Positions 18,234-28,266 of a DNA stretch of 43,968 nucleotides are shown piece by piece (position 1 is the stretch's first letter; the number at the start of each line of letters is the position of its first letter). This DNA is from an uncultured Candidatus Saccharibacteria bacterium. GTDB taxonomy: Bacteria; Patescibacteriota; Minisyncoccia; Minisyncoccales; Staskawiczbacteraceae. The stretch is from NCBI GenBank assembly GCA_964479955.1, contig CAYZNK010000002.1, forward strand, positions 222,955-266,922. The letters are read 5' to 3'. The translations under genes and the position numbers were made by a program. Below the pieces are notes generated by a model. That model did no database searches and had not been told where the DNA came from. It saw nothing but the letters and a program-made list of their open reading frames with translations.

Positions 18234-18787
18234 CTTTTTGCAAAAACTTTTATATTGATGACGCTACTATTTTCGCGAAGCGCGTTATTATCTTTTTTGC
18301 TGGCTAAATTCTCCTTTTGATTTTCAATTGTCAGACCATTAATCTCAACCAAATAATCCCCAAATTCCATCTTATTTACAAACGAAAGAATATCCTCAAA
18401 CTTTCCTTTTAAGAAAAGCTGGAATAAAATAAATTTTAAAGAAGAATCTTCATTTCCGGAATAAGGCAGAATTGAAACCTGTAAATTCACACCCGTATCC
18501 GAGGCCGCATCCTCTAAAAATTTTATAAAATTAACGGGATTATCGGAATCTACAAAAAGGTGCTCCATTTTCTCTAAATTTTCTCTGTAAGTTTCGTAGC
18601 TGTTTTTAAAATTTTCTATCTCATTAATTTGGGATTCAAAAGTTGATACTCCGTTTTTTGCCGAAATGAAATCCTCAGAATCTTTTTTGATTCCATCTAT
18701 CAGCGGCCATGATCCAAATATTATCAAAGCCGCTATCATTAAAGAAAAGACAAAAAATATTGTTGGATTTTTTTTATTACTCTTCAT
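18230..18787 (-). CDS. pilO: Type IV pilus assembly protein PilO-like
   Basis: TM, coiled coil, FI..LE..A...GV.L, G.F..IL.F...ME; follows pilN. Confidence 0.75.
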   Translation of the reverse strand: MKSNKKNPTIFFVFSLMIAALIIFGSWPLIDGIKKDSEDFISAKNGVSTFESQINEIENFKNSYETYRENLEKMEHLFVDSDNPVNFIKFLEDAASDTGVNLQVSILPYSGNEDSSLKFILFQLFLKGKFEDILSFVNKMEFGDYLVEINGLTIENQKENLASKKDNNALRENSSVINIKVFAKR

Positions 18788-19328
18788 TTTCGTAAATTTG
18801 AAAAGTTAGTGAAAATTTTACATCATACGGATTTACCCAGCTTGATTTGGAAAAAAATAAATTTTTTATTTGAGCCGTTTCTTCCAGGTTTTTTTTGAAA
18901 ATAAGCAAATCATCCCTTGAGTCGCTTGCGCCCGAAATGTTAACATTTATTACACCATCGCGTTTTTCTAAAGAAAAATTTGTTAAATACAGATTTTCCG
19001 GTTTTTGAATGCTTAATATTACGCCCAATATGTTGCTAAAATATGTTTTATTTGAATAAAAAGAATTTATATCTTCTATTATTGAATTATAATTTTTAAT
19101 AGTTTCGCTAAATGACGAATATTCAGGAGTTTCGCTTCGGCCCTTTATTTCTTCTAATGCGTTTTTTTGGATATCAACGTCCGCCAAAACATAAAATTTT
19201 ATGGAAAGCAAAACTAAATTTAAACAAATCAAAGCAACTAAAATAATGATATTCAGAACTATGGTTAGTTTTCTTCTCTTATCTGAAAATAATTGTTTTT
19301 TTTCTTCTGTTGGTAAAAGGTTAATCAT
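18777..19328 (-). CDS. pilN: Type IV pilus assembly protein PilN-like
   Basis: MINLLP N-terminal motif, TM, I.ISG.S.SR..L..F...L. Confidence 0.8.
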   Translation of the reverse strand: MINLLPTEEKKQLFSDKRRKLTIVLNIIILVALICLNLVLLSIKFYVLADVDIQKNALEEIKGRSETPEYSSFSETIKNYNSIIEDINSFYSNKTYFSNILGVILSIQKPENLYLTNFSLEKRDGVINVNISGASDSRDDLLIFKKNLEETAQIKNLFFSKSSWVNPYDVKFSLTFQIYENEE

Positions 19329-19344
19329 GGGCCAGACTATAAAT

Positions 19345-20442
19345 TTAAAATAAATTTATACCAATATCTTCCTCCCTCATCGCCAATCCTATTGCGGTTG
19401 CAAAAGAAGGAATATTTTTATCTTTAATAATCCTTTTTCGTTTACGCAGCAAATTTATTAATGGATCAGCTACTTCCGTTGGAATATTTAATTCTTTTGA
19501 AATAAAATCTGTTAATCCGTTTAATTTTGCTCCGCCTCCGCAAATCAAAATCTTATTAATTTTTCCTGTCGGCAAAAAATATTCATAAGAAGAATGATTG
19601 CAATAAAAACTTACATATTTGCTAATTTGTTGAACTAATTCTTTGACAAGCGGAGTCAGGGCGTTCGCAACTTGTTGAGACTTCTGGCTTTTTTTTGAAA
19701 CGAGGCCGTGTTCTATTTTTAATTTTTCAGCTTCTTTTAAACTGACGCCCATTGATTCTGATATGGCACTTGTCATTTGTTGGGACGAAAAGGAGACAGA
19801 AGAGGTAAAACGATTAAAATTGGCGGCATGGATAATGAAGTTTGTTGCATCCTGCCCAATGTCAATTAAAACCAAAGATGAGGGATTATTTTCCTTTTTA
19901 ACGACAGATCTTGCAATTGCTTCTGATTCAGTTTCAAATATTACCGGTACAAGGCCGGCTTTTTTAAAACAGGAAACATAAGAATTTATTATTTTTTTAG
20001 GCATAGCCACCACAAGTATTTCAATATTCTCAGAATTATTCTTTTCATCAGAAATCACATGAAAATCCAAATAAACTTCATTTATGGGCAACGGAATATA
20101 ATTCTCTGCCTCAAGAGGAACAGCCAAAAATAATTCTTTTTCCTTCATTCTGGGCATTTGCATTATATGCAAAAAAGACTTTTCTTCCGGCAATGAAGCA
20201 ACAATATATTTTGTTTTTATCTTTTTTCCTTTTACAGATTTAATAGTTGATTTTATAATCTTTGCCAAAGCATCTTCATCTTTGATTACACCCTCAATAA
20301 TTACCCCCGGAGGTATGCTTGATTCTGCCAAAGACGTCAAAACAAAGCCTTTGCGCTTTTTCTTAAGCTTTATTAATTTCAGGGACAAATCATTCAAATC
20401 CAAACCAAATGTTTCTTTTTTTAACGCTAAAAATTTGAACAT
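19345..20442 (-). CDS. pilM: Type IV pilus assembly protein PilM (actin-like)
   Basis: FGLD, EAENYIP....EVYLDF, LIDIG...TN, ILICGGGA.L.GL, A.AIGLA. Confidence 0.92.
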   Translation of the reverse strand: MFKFLALKKETFGLDLNDLSLKLIKLKKKRKGFVLTSLAESSIPPGVIIEGVIKDEDALAKIIKSTIKSVKGKKIKTKYIVASLPEEKSFLHIMQMPRMKEKELFLAVPLEAENYIPLPINEVYLDFHVISDEKNNSENIEILVVAMPKKIINSYVSCFKKAGLVPVIFETESEAIARSVVKKENNPSSLVLIDIGQDATNFIIHAANFNRFTSSVSFSSQQMTSAISESMGVSLKEAEKLKIEHGLVSKKSQKSQQVANALTPLVKELVQQISKYVSFYCNHSSYEYFLPTGKINKILICGGGAKLNGLTDFISKELNIPTEVADPLINLLRKRKRIIKDKNIPSFATAIGLAMREEDIGINLF

Positions 20443-20507
20443 TCTGCTTGTCTATTATATTATTTTGGCATTTTAATAAAATAATATCAACACTACAAAA
20501 ATATATA

Positions 20508-20891
20508 CTAATTCCTTTTATTTTTTTTAATAAAAATCGCGGATATTGTTAAAAAAAACGTAAAAATCACAAAAAAAACAACATACTTATTAAAATAATT
20601 TGCACTATAATTTTTTGTATCGTCTTGCTGGATATAATCAAAGTCACCTGCGTTTTCTTTTTGCAGAATATCGCCTCTATGGGCATCTGGGCCTGAATTA
20701 GATTCATTTAAAATATTATTTTTGCTATTTGACGAATCTATATTCTGCGAAATATCAGCGGTAATACCATCTGGCATTTTTTGCAACCTTGAGCTGTCCG
20801 GAAAATCCGCTTTTATAGCCGCCAGAGAGCAACAAGAAAAACAGAGAAAAATAGATAAAAATAATGATAAAATTATAATATTATTCTTCAT
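20508..20891 (-). CDS. Hypothetical exported protein with C-terminal TM anchor
   Basis: N-terminal signal-like hydrophobic stretch, low-complexity middle, C-terminal TM plus basic tail. Confidence 0.6.
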   Translation of the reverse strand: MKNNIIILSLFLSIFLCFSCCSLAAIKADFPDSSRLQKMPDGITADISQNIDSSNSKNNILNESNSGPDAHRGDILQKENAGDFDYIQQDDTKNYSANYFNKYVVFFVIFTFFLTISAIFIKKNKRN

Positions 20892-20895
20892 ACAA

Positions 20896-22284
20896 CTAAT
20901 CACTTGTCCAATTTAATATTTGATATCCGGAAGAAGAGATAGGAAAACTCGGAGGAGGATTATACAAAAGATTACTATCGTAGACGTCATATGTGTTTCT
21001 GTAACCAGAAACCACAGTCCCATAACTGTTAACCCATGTCCATGTCCATTGGTCAAATGTCATAATTGACCCATAAATATTTATGCTGTTTTTTATATTA
21101 TAAGGATAATAAAAAAATTGAGCTCCTCCGTTTTGTGATATCATGGCCGCATCTATTTCTATGTCATCGGGGGCATGATACGTAACAACAATGTCATTTT
21201 GGGCAATAATTCCCAAGACGTCAGAACCGTCTTTTGTTTCGTAAATTATATTTTTTGGAATATAGATTGTAGGGGCCGTTGAGGGATTATACGGCAATTT
21301 AGCAACAACAACTGTTGCATTTCCGTCAACCGTCCCTTCCACCCACGTTTTATCTTCTATATATATAATTCCATTTTCAGGCATGTCCACAGTATACTGT
21401 AAATTCCTTTGATTATAATCGGTGTATTCATTATGAGCTGACCATTTAGTGTCATAGCCAGTTGGATTATATAAGAGGTTTTTAACCTTATAAACGCTTA
21501 CTGTTCCACTGTCACTAAATACCAGCGAATATCCCTGCTCATTTGATGGAGGCAAGTAAATGCCTGATTCTTGGGCAGCACTTTTCATATCAGAAAAATC
21601 TGAGGTTATAGATGAAAAGTCAACCGTTGGCACCGGGAACTGCCAAAAATTTTGAACTTCTTGAGAGGCAGATCCCCATACGCCGTTTTTAAGAGTAGGA
21701 CAAGGAGACCCCTGGGAAGACGGGCATACATATGTTGACTTAGCTGATTGTATCGGGGCGTTTCCAAATCCATCAAACCTGATTCCGTTATTAGAGTGGA
21801 GAATTCCGTTGACTGACTCATTGTCTCCTATCCAAATAACATCATTGCTTAGAAAGGCATACTTTGCAAGCGAAGGAATTCCGAATTTGGCGATGACCGT
21901 CCTTGTCTTATCAGAACTGCTGTCAATCCAGCCCGTTGATTGCACCGTTACAACGCTTGAGCCAGGAAGTGGAGGGGTTATCGTTAAACTAAAACTGCCT
22001 ATTTTCTGCTGGGTATCAAAATCAACATAATCATGCACATAAGGACCTGGAGCGCCCGTTCCATCTTGATAATCATCCGTGAAATGAGCCAAATGCCACT
22101 GGTAATAATTTATTCCCGACTCAGCTATTTGCAGTGCTTGTTCTCTATCAATAGAAGATCTTAATATTTGAAGTTTTGAACTCAAAACAGCAACAACGGG
22201 AAACATTACTATTACAAAAACAAAAATAGCAACTATCAAATATATAAGCAAAGACCCTTTTTGTTTGTTTATTTTTACAATCAT
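20896..22284 (-). CDS. PilX-like minor pilin
   Basis: KQKG|SLLIYLI prepilin-like site without Glu5, A...AESGINYY, large beta-rich C-terminal domain. Confidence 0.75.
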   Translation of the reverse strand: MIVKINKQKGSLLIYLIVAIFVFVIVMFPVVAVLSSKLQILRSSIDREQALQIAESGINYYQWHLAHFTDDYQDGTGAPGPYVHDYVDFDTQQKIGSFSLTITPPLPGSSVVTVQSTGWIDSSSDKTRTVIAKFGIPSLAKYAFLSNDVIWIGDNESVNGILHSNNGIRFDGFGNAPIQSAKSTYVCPSSQGSPCPTLKNGVWGSASQEVQNFWQFPVPTVDFSSITSDFSDMKSAAQESGIYLPPSNEQGYSLVFSDSGTVSVYKVKNLLYNPTGYDTKWSAHNEYTDYNQRNLQYTVDMPENGIIYIEDKTWVEGTVDGNATVVVAKLPYNPSTAPTIYIPKNIIYETKDGSDVLGIIAQNDIVVTYHAPDDIEIDAAMISQNGGAQFFYYPYNIKNSINIYGSIMTFDQWTWTWVNSYGTVVSGYRNTYDVYDSNLLYNPPPSFPISSSGYQILNWTSD

Positions 22285-22292
22285 TCTAAATT

Positions 22293-22955
22293 TTAATTTC
22301 CTAAATTACTTTTTACTGACCTTATTGCGGCTCCCGATGACACCGAGAATATACCGCTGTCATCTTCAAAGTTTCGATTTAAAATCATTAAATTAATTTT
22401 TATAAATCTCACATCATTTATATTCACCGGATCTTCGAGGGGGTCTAAACTGCCATCATATTCCCCACTATAATAATAAAACAATGGAGTTTCCTCGTTT
22501 TGCAAATCAGACTGAACAACTTTAATTGATTCGGAAGATAAATCATATGTTAACGGATTACCGCTAGGAATAATCGTACCTTTATACAGATTATCGTCTG
22601 AGACATAATAACGTATTCTGTTTGAAATTAATGGATTCCCGCTCCCAAAATTAGAATAAAAGATTATTTCAAATTGGCCGGCTTTATTTAATGGATAAGA
22701 ACCATTATTCCCAATTGTGGCGCTCCTTATTTCATTTGCAAAAGCAAAAGAAATTATCCTTGCCTGGTCAATATTGTCCATTGATAAAAGACTTTTGTTA
22801 GAATCAGAAAAAATGTTGTTGGTCAGCGCAGAAACAAAAAACATAATTGCCAAAAATATTGATATTGTAATTATAATCTCTATCAAGGTAAACCCCTTTT
22901 TTCCACAAAATATTTTATTCTGCCAAATAAACTTGTAAAACATTGTATCCTTCAA
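22293..22955 (-). CDS. Prepilin-type minor pilin (PilW-like)
   Basis: KKG|FTLIEIII N-terminal methylation motif. Confidence 0.85.
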   Translation of the reverse strand: MKDTMFYKFIWQNKIFCGKKGFTLIEIIITISIFLAIMFFVSALTNNIFSDSNKSLLSMDNIDQARIISFAFANEIRSATIGNNGSYPLNKAGQFEIIFYSNFGSGNPLISNRIRYYVSDDNLYKGTIIPSGNPLTYDLSSESIKVVQSDLQNEETPLFYYYSGEYDGSLDPLEDPVNINDVRFIKINLMILNRNFEDDSGIFSVSSGAAIRSVKSNLGN

Positions 22956-24681
22956 TATTAATGTCGCTTATTATTTGAGATTGATATCCGCTTGCATTTA
23001 CCGTCAGCTCATATCCCGAATCTTCCTGAAGGTCAGAAAAAAATATCTGTCCGGGAGTAGAACATCCCGATATATAATTAATATTCACGCTGGTGATCAC
23101 CGGAGTTTTGGCAGAATCAAAGGTTGAAAGAAAAACTTTATATCTGACATAACGATTATTATCCATATCGGCGATGGTTGTTCCGGGAACAGTATAGTAT
23201 GTCTGACTGGTCCCATCAGGCCCCTTATAACTCCATGTTTCATTATCATTATTCGCCGCTATTTGAAACTTAACCTCGGTTAAAGGATCTTGAGAAGCCG
23301 GCTCCCAATTTAATGTTGTGTATAATGTGGAAGCTGTGCCAGTATCAAAGGAAGATGATGTTAATATTCCAGAAGACACATAAGATTCTCCGTTTTTAAA
23401 AAGCCGTAAACCTAAAGGAATTTCATTAACATCAACATTTCCATCGTCTTGATAGTATTTAGACAAATCAATGAAATCTGATTGCCCAGATCCTCCAGAC
23501 CAATCTTGCTGGCTCCATACGCTTCCGCTTGTCAATCCGGTATCGGAAAATTCACCAAGCTTTAATGTTACTTCTGCTGACTCAATGGGGTTTCCATTTG
23601 TCGCATCTTTAATTATGGCCAATAGGCTATTTTCTGTTTTTGGACCGATTATAAGGGTAAAATTCTGGGTTGTGTCGGGTAAAATGTTTGTCTCTTGAAT
23701 TGGTGAGGACCCGTATATCATATAATCAGAACTTATAAGGCCTGGCGTATAATTGTCCCATTCAATTTCTTCAAGAGAAATTTCTCCATTATGATCAGAA
23801 TAATACTCCTCATCAAATTTAAAAACATCCGGAGTGCCAATCAGTTTTGCTCCGCGAACTCCCAACCCTACATCAGAAATCGGGCTGCATGTCCTGTTCA
23901 AAATATAAAAAGTCAAATTACTCAGCTTGTCTATTGAAAAACTTATCTGGGTAACCTGGCCGTCAATAATTGTTGCATCCGGCTTTATAGGGTTTGGATT
24001 TTCTTCTGAAACCGGATAAGTTTTATCAATTGAATAGCCTTCTTTTGAAACTTCTATATTGTAACTTATCTCACTACTGGGCAATCCAACCTCAACCCAA
24101 TTTCCGCTCTCGTCACTAATTCTGGTCAAATCAATATTGGGCGTTATGCTTTCATTTATTATATGTATTGTTGCCCCGGAAACGGGCTGGCCAACAGCAT
24201 CAAAAACTTTTATATAAAGCGCTCCTCCGTCTTCCATCCCTTCAAGGCCTGTTGGAGAAATGTTTGTCAAAAAACTGTTTATCGTGTTTTTGATTATATT
24301 TTTTACATAAAGTTTGACCTGCTTATAATCGTTTGGGGAAGGGTCGCTCCCCAATATGGCAGTTCCATCAGCAGGGTCATCAACATAACTTATGGCATAA
24401 TAAATCTGGTAATTCTCTCCGTTCATTTGGGCGATGACAGGATTAGGAAGGTCGGGAAGATTGCCATGCGGATTTCCTTCGATTGTTCCTATATCGGCAT
24501 AAGCAATATTTCTGACAATTTCCAAATATTGATCAGCAAAAAAAGAAATTGTCATTCTTTCTCTGTAATATGCTATTCCATTTACGATAGAAATAAAAAC
24601 CCCAAAAATACTCACACTCAAAACGGCAAATATTGCCAGACAAACAACTATCTCAATTAAAGTTATGCCTTTTTGAAACAT
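22915..24681 (-). CDS. Large prepilin-type minor pilin (PilV-like) with Ig/carboxypeptidase-regulatory-like domains
   Basis: QKG|ITLIEIVV; P.SGATIHI...SDESGNW...GLP...Y.IEVSKEGY repeats-like modules; 588 aa. Confidence 0.82.
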   Translation of the reverse strand: MFQKGITLIEIVVCLAIFAVLSVSIFGVFISIVNGIAYYRERMTISFFADQYLEIVRNIAYADIGTIEGNPHGNLPDLPNPVIAQMNGENYQIYYAISYVDDPADGTAILGSDPSPNDYKQVKLYVKNIIKNTINSFLTNISPTGLEGMEDGGALYIKVFDAVGQPVSGATIHIINESITPNIDLTRISDESGNWVEVGLPSSEISYNIEVSKEGYSIDKTYPVSEENPNPIKPDATIIDGQVTQISFSIDKLSNLTFYILNRTCSPISDVGLGVRGAKLIGTPDVFKFDEEYYSDHNGEISLEEIEWDNYTPGLISSDYMIYGSSPIQETNILPDTTQNFTLIIGPKTENSLLAIIKDATNGNPIESAEVTLKLGEFSDTGLTSGSVWSQQDWSGGSGQSDFIDLSKYYQDDGNVDVNEIPLGLRLFKNGESYVSSGILTSSSFDTGTASTLYTTLNWEPASQDPLTEVKFQIAANNDNETWSYKGPDGTSQTYYTVPGTTIADMDNNRYVRYKVFLSTFDSAKTPVITSVNINYISGCSTPGQIFFSDLQEDSGYELTVNASGYQSQIISDINIEGYNVLQVYLAE

Positions 24682-24692
24682 ACCTAAATAAA

Positions 24693-25907
24693 TTATATAT
24701 TCCCCATGACTGAATACAGCGGGCCTATTATGGAAACTGCGAACACGCCGACAATCGTACCTAAAATAATTATCAAGATCGGTTCGATTAATGTGGATAT
24801 TGCATATGCATCATTCAAAACTTCTTCTTCATAAAAATCAGCCATTGTTTTTAAAATTACAGATGTTTTCCCTGTTTCTTCACCCATTTCAACCATTTCA
24901 ATTGTTCCATAGGAAAAAAATTTCTGATATGGCTTTAAACTGCTAAAAAGTTTTTCACCCTTTTCAACTCTTTTGGCAGATTCTTTAAGAGCTTGCTTAA
25001 AGTAAAAATTACTTACATTTCCCCCTGTTATTTCAAGAGATTTTATCAACGGAACCCCGGAAGCCATAAGAGAACTTAGCGACCTTGCAAAAGCAGCCGA
25101 GTTGCTTTTAACAATCAAAGAAGATATAAGCGGAATTTTAAGAGAAACCGTATCCATTAAAAACCTTCCTGTTTTTGTCCTTATTGAGAAAATAAATGCA
25201 AAAACTACAGCGACTAGCGCTATTATTAAAATATACCAATAAGTCATAAAAAAATCCCCCATTCCCAGTATTATTTTTGTTGTTATGGGCAGATCTGCGT
25301 TTAGACTCTGGAAAAGTTTTTTTATCTTTGGAAAAACAAATATTAAGATTAACAATCCAACTGCTATCATTGTCAAAATAAGAACAGCAGGATAAATCAG
25401 CGCTTTCTGAACGCTGGACTTCATTTCTTTTTCCCTTTTAAGTTGCAGCGACAAAACTTTTAAAACCTCCTCCAATGTTCCAGACTCTTCTCCCGACTGT
25501 ATCATATTAATATAAAGGTCTGAAAAAATATCAGGATATTTTTTCAAAGAATCAGAAAGATTTTTCCCTTCCCCTATTTCTCTAGATATATCCAGCAAGG
25601 CATATTTCATTTTTCTGTTTTTTGCCTGGGATGCCAGAATGGAAAATCCTCTAACCAAAGGAAGGCCTGTTGCGATTATTATCCAAAGATTTCTTGTCAT
25701 AACTATCTTTTCTGTTATAGAAACCTTTCCTGAAAAAACAGTCCACTTGAAAATTCTTTTTTTGTTCTCCGTTTTAATTTGAGCATCAATTAAAATCAGC
25801 CCTCTCTTTTTTAGATTCTGCGAAAGCTCCCTAAGGCTTTCTGATTCTAAAGTTCCTGATTCTGTTTTTCCGCTTAATGATTTGGCTTTATAAATAAAAA
25901 TCGACAT
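24693..25907 (-). CDS. pilC: Type IV pilus platform protein (GspF/PilC)
   Basis: F.YKA, GLPL...F, G..LSDSLKKYP..F, GEESGTL, YPA, GEETG...L. Confidence 0.93.
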   Translation of the reverse strand: MSIFIYKAKSLSGKTESGTLESESLRELSQNLKKRGLILIDAQIKTENKKRIFKWTVFSGKVSITEKIVMTRNLWIIIATGLPLVRGFSILASQAKNRKMKYALLDISREIGEGKNLSDSLKKYPDIFSDLYINMIQSGEESGTLEEVLKVLSLQLKREKEMKSSVQKALIYPAVLILTMIAVGLLILIFVFPKIKKLFQSLNADLPITTKIILGMGDFFMTYWYILIIALVAVVFAFIFSIRTKTGRFLMDTVSLKIPLISSLIVKSNSAAFARSLSSLMASGVPLIKSLEITGGNVSNFYFKQALKESAKRVEKGEKLFSSLKPYQKFFSYGTIEMVEMGEETGKTSVILKTMADFYEEEVLNDAYAISTLIEPILIIILGTIVGVFAVSIIGPLYSVMGNI

Positions 25908-25921
25908 AGTCTTAAATTTAA

Positions 25922-27673
25922 TTAATCCATAATGACCCTAAGCACCTCTTCTATCGAAGTTAATCCCTGCGCTGCTTTTACAAGCCCGTCTTCAACCATT
26001 GTCCTCATTCCGTTTTTCAGAGCCTGATTTTTAATTTCTATTGTGGGGGATTTTTTTATTATTAAATTTTTCATATCTTCATCAACTAATAAAATTTCAA
26101 AAATTCCGATTCTTCCTTTGTATCCGTCCGGAGAGTCAACAGAGCTTTTTGGCCTGTAAAATTCTATATCTTGGGGCTTGCCGGACTGCTTTAATATTTT
26201 TTCCTGCTTCAATATATTGACAACCCTGTCAATATCGCAATATTTTTTTAAATTTTCCAATTCCTCTGATTTCAGCTTGTATTTGGTCTTTTCTCCGTGA
26301 AACTTTCTGACCAGCCTCTGGGCTATAACTATGTTAAGGGTCGAAGAAAGTAAAAAAGGCTCTACCCCCATATCAACAAGCCTGGGTATGGCTCCCGAGG
26401 ACTCTGTTGTATGAAGGGTTGATAAAACTAAATGCCCTGTCAAAGCAGCATTAATAGCAAGCTCAGCAGTCTCCCTATCTCTTATTTCTCCAACCATTAT
26501 GATATTGGGGTCTTGTCTCAACAACGACCTTAATCCTGAGGCAAATGTCAGATTAATCTTCTCGTTAATCTGAGTTTGATTTACTCTCGGCATCCTGTAT
26601 TCAACAGGGTCTTCCACAGAAGATATATTTACTTTTGGAGTGTTTAAAATCCCCATCATTGCATAAAGAGTGGTTGTTTTACCAGAGCCAGTAGGACCTG
26701 TAATTAATATCATTCCATTGGTTTTTACCAGATTGTCCTTAATCTTCTGTAATTCTCCTCCGTTTAAACCTATGTCTTCCAATGTCAAGGCTTTCGTATT
26801 TTCCGCTAAAAGCCTCATAACGATTTTTTCTCCGTTCAAGACAGGTAGAACAGAAACTCTTATAGAATATTTGAAATCTTCAGTTTCAATTTTAAACCTG
26901 CCGTCTTGGGGTAGCCTGTGTTCGTCAAGCTTTAAATTAGAAAGCACTTTTATCCTTGCAACAATTCCCGGAGCCATATCTATTGGCAAAGAAATAGCAT
27001 CATTTAAAATTCCATCAATTCTGTACCGGACTATAACTTCCTGCTCTAATGGCTCTATATGGACATCAGAAGCTCTTTGTAAAATAGCATGCTTTAATAA
27101 TGTATCTACAACTTTTATAATTGAAACTTCTTCAGCGGCTTTTTTAAGGTCTCGTTTTTTTTCTGTATCTTCATCCTCTTTAATATGCTTTATGTCTCCT
27201 GTGCCCATGATGTCTCCAAACTCTGTCTTTATATTTTCCTGATATTGAGCCAAGGCGTTTTTTATTCCCTCTGAAGTTGTAAGTCTGGATAATATTTTTA
27301 AAGATGAATTTATTTTTTTAATGGATTCTATTGTCCTTAAGTCTTGAGGGTCCAACATCGCAACTTCAAGGTCATTATCCTTTTTTCTGAACGCGACAAT
27401 ATTATGAGACCTTGCAATTGATTCAGGAATTATCTTTAAAACATCAGGATTAATAATTTCGTCCGATAGATCAATAAAAGGAATACCCAAAAGATATGCC
27501 TCTATTTTTGTCAGCTCTTTTTCCGTAATAAAATTTTTTGAAACCAAAATTTCGCCTATATCCTTGCCGGTTTTGGCGCTTTCCTCGGCAACCTTATCAA
27601 ATTTTTTCTCTTCAATAAGCCCTGCCTCTAAAATAAACTTTTTTAATTTTCCCAATTCAACTTTCATAGGCAT
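25922..27673 (-). CDS. pilB: Type IV pilus assembly ATPase (GspE/PilB)
   Basis: ASDVHIEP, RLPQDGRF, GPTGSGKTTTLY, EDPVEY, LRQDPNIIMVGEIRD, TGHLVLSTLHT. Confidence 0.95.
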   Translation of the reverse strand: MPMKVELGKLKKFILEAGLIEEKKFDKVAEESAKTGKDIGEILVSKNFITEKELTKIEAYLLGIPFIDLSDEIINPDVLKIIPESIARSHNIVAFRKKDNDLEVAMLDPQDLRTIESIKKINSSLKILSRLTTSEGIKNALAQYQENIKTEFGDIMGTGDIKHIKEDEDTEKKRDLKKAAEEVSIIKVVDTLLKHAILQRASDVHIEPLEQEVIVRYRIDGILNDAISLPIDMAPGIVARIKVLSNLKLDEHRLPQDGRFKIETEDFKYSIRVSVLPVLNGEKIVMRLLAENTKALTLEDIGLNGGELQKIKDNLVKTNGMILITGPTGSGKTTTLYAMMGILNTPKVNISSVEDPVEYRMPRVNQTQINEKINLTFASGLRSLLRQDPNIIMVGEIRDRETAELAINAALTGHLVLSTLHTTESSGAIPRLVDMGVEPFLLSSTLNIVIAQRLVRKFHGEKTKYKLKSEELENLKKYCDIDRVVNILKQEKILKQSGKPQDIEFYRPKSSVDSPDGYKGRIGIFEILLVDEDMKNLIIKKSPTIEIKNQALKNGMRTMVEDGLVKAAQGLTSIEEVLRVIMD

Positions 27674-27699
27674 TAAAAATCACAATTTTAATTTATTAT

Positions 27700-27747
27700 G
27701 TAATTATAGCATATCAAAAAAAACAAAAATAATTTAAATGTGGATAA
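27700..27747 (-). promoter_or_regulatory. pilB upstream region: extended -10 and DnaA box
   Basis: Minus strand TGcTATAAT near 27702-27710; TGTGGATAA at 27739-27747. Confidence 0.5.
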
Positions 27748-27816
27748 CCCAAAGCAAATAAAAACAACGGGGTGAATCCGCTGCTTCTATTCATCTAATT
27801 ATCTAAAAATGAAAAA

Positions 27817-28200
27817 TCAGGCTATGCATTCTTTAATTTTTTGCGCAATATCAGAAATTGGATGTTGGGCTTTTATAAAATAATCTTTCGCTCCTAAAGA
27901 TAGCGCCTTTTTTATATTCTCATTTTCTGCCAAGTTAGATAAAATAATAACGGGTATATTTTTTAGCAATTCATTCTTTTTAAAATCTTCCAAAACGTCT
28001 AGGCCTCCTTTTTTGGGCAAAACTAAATCCAAAAGAACTACATCAGGTTTTGAATCTATCGCAACAGACAAAGCATCTTCCCCGTCTTTTGCCGCAAAAA
28101 CGTTATATCCCGCATCTTCAAGCTCATTTTTAACAATACTAGATAATGTCTCCTCATCTTCCACCAATAAAACTTTTATATTATTCATTGTTGATTCCAT
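27817..28200 (-). CDS. Single-domain CheY-like response regulator
   Basis: VLLVEDE, VVLLDLVLPKKGG, PVIILSN, GAKDYFIK; no output domain; start at 28200 or 28188. Confidence 0.92.
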   Translation of the reverse strand: MESTMNNIKVLLVEDEETLSSIVKNELEDAGYNVFAAKDGEDALSVAIDSKPDVVLLDLVLPKKGGLDVLEDFKKNELLKNIPVIILSNLAENENIKKALSLGAKDYFIKAQHPISDIAQKIKECIA

Positions 28201-28266
28201 TGTTAATTTTATTCTTTAAATTTTATATATTATAATATCACTTTTTTATTTACTTGCAATACCAAA

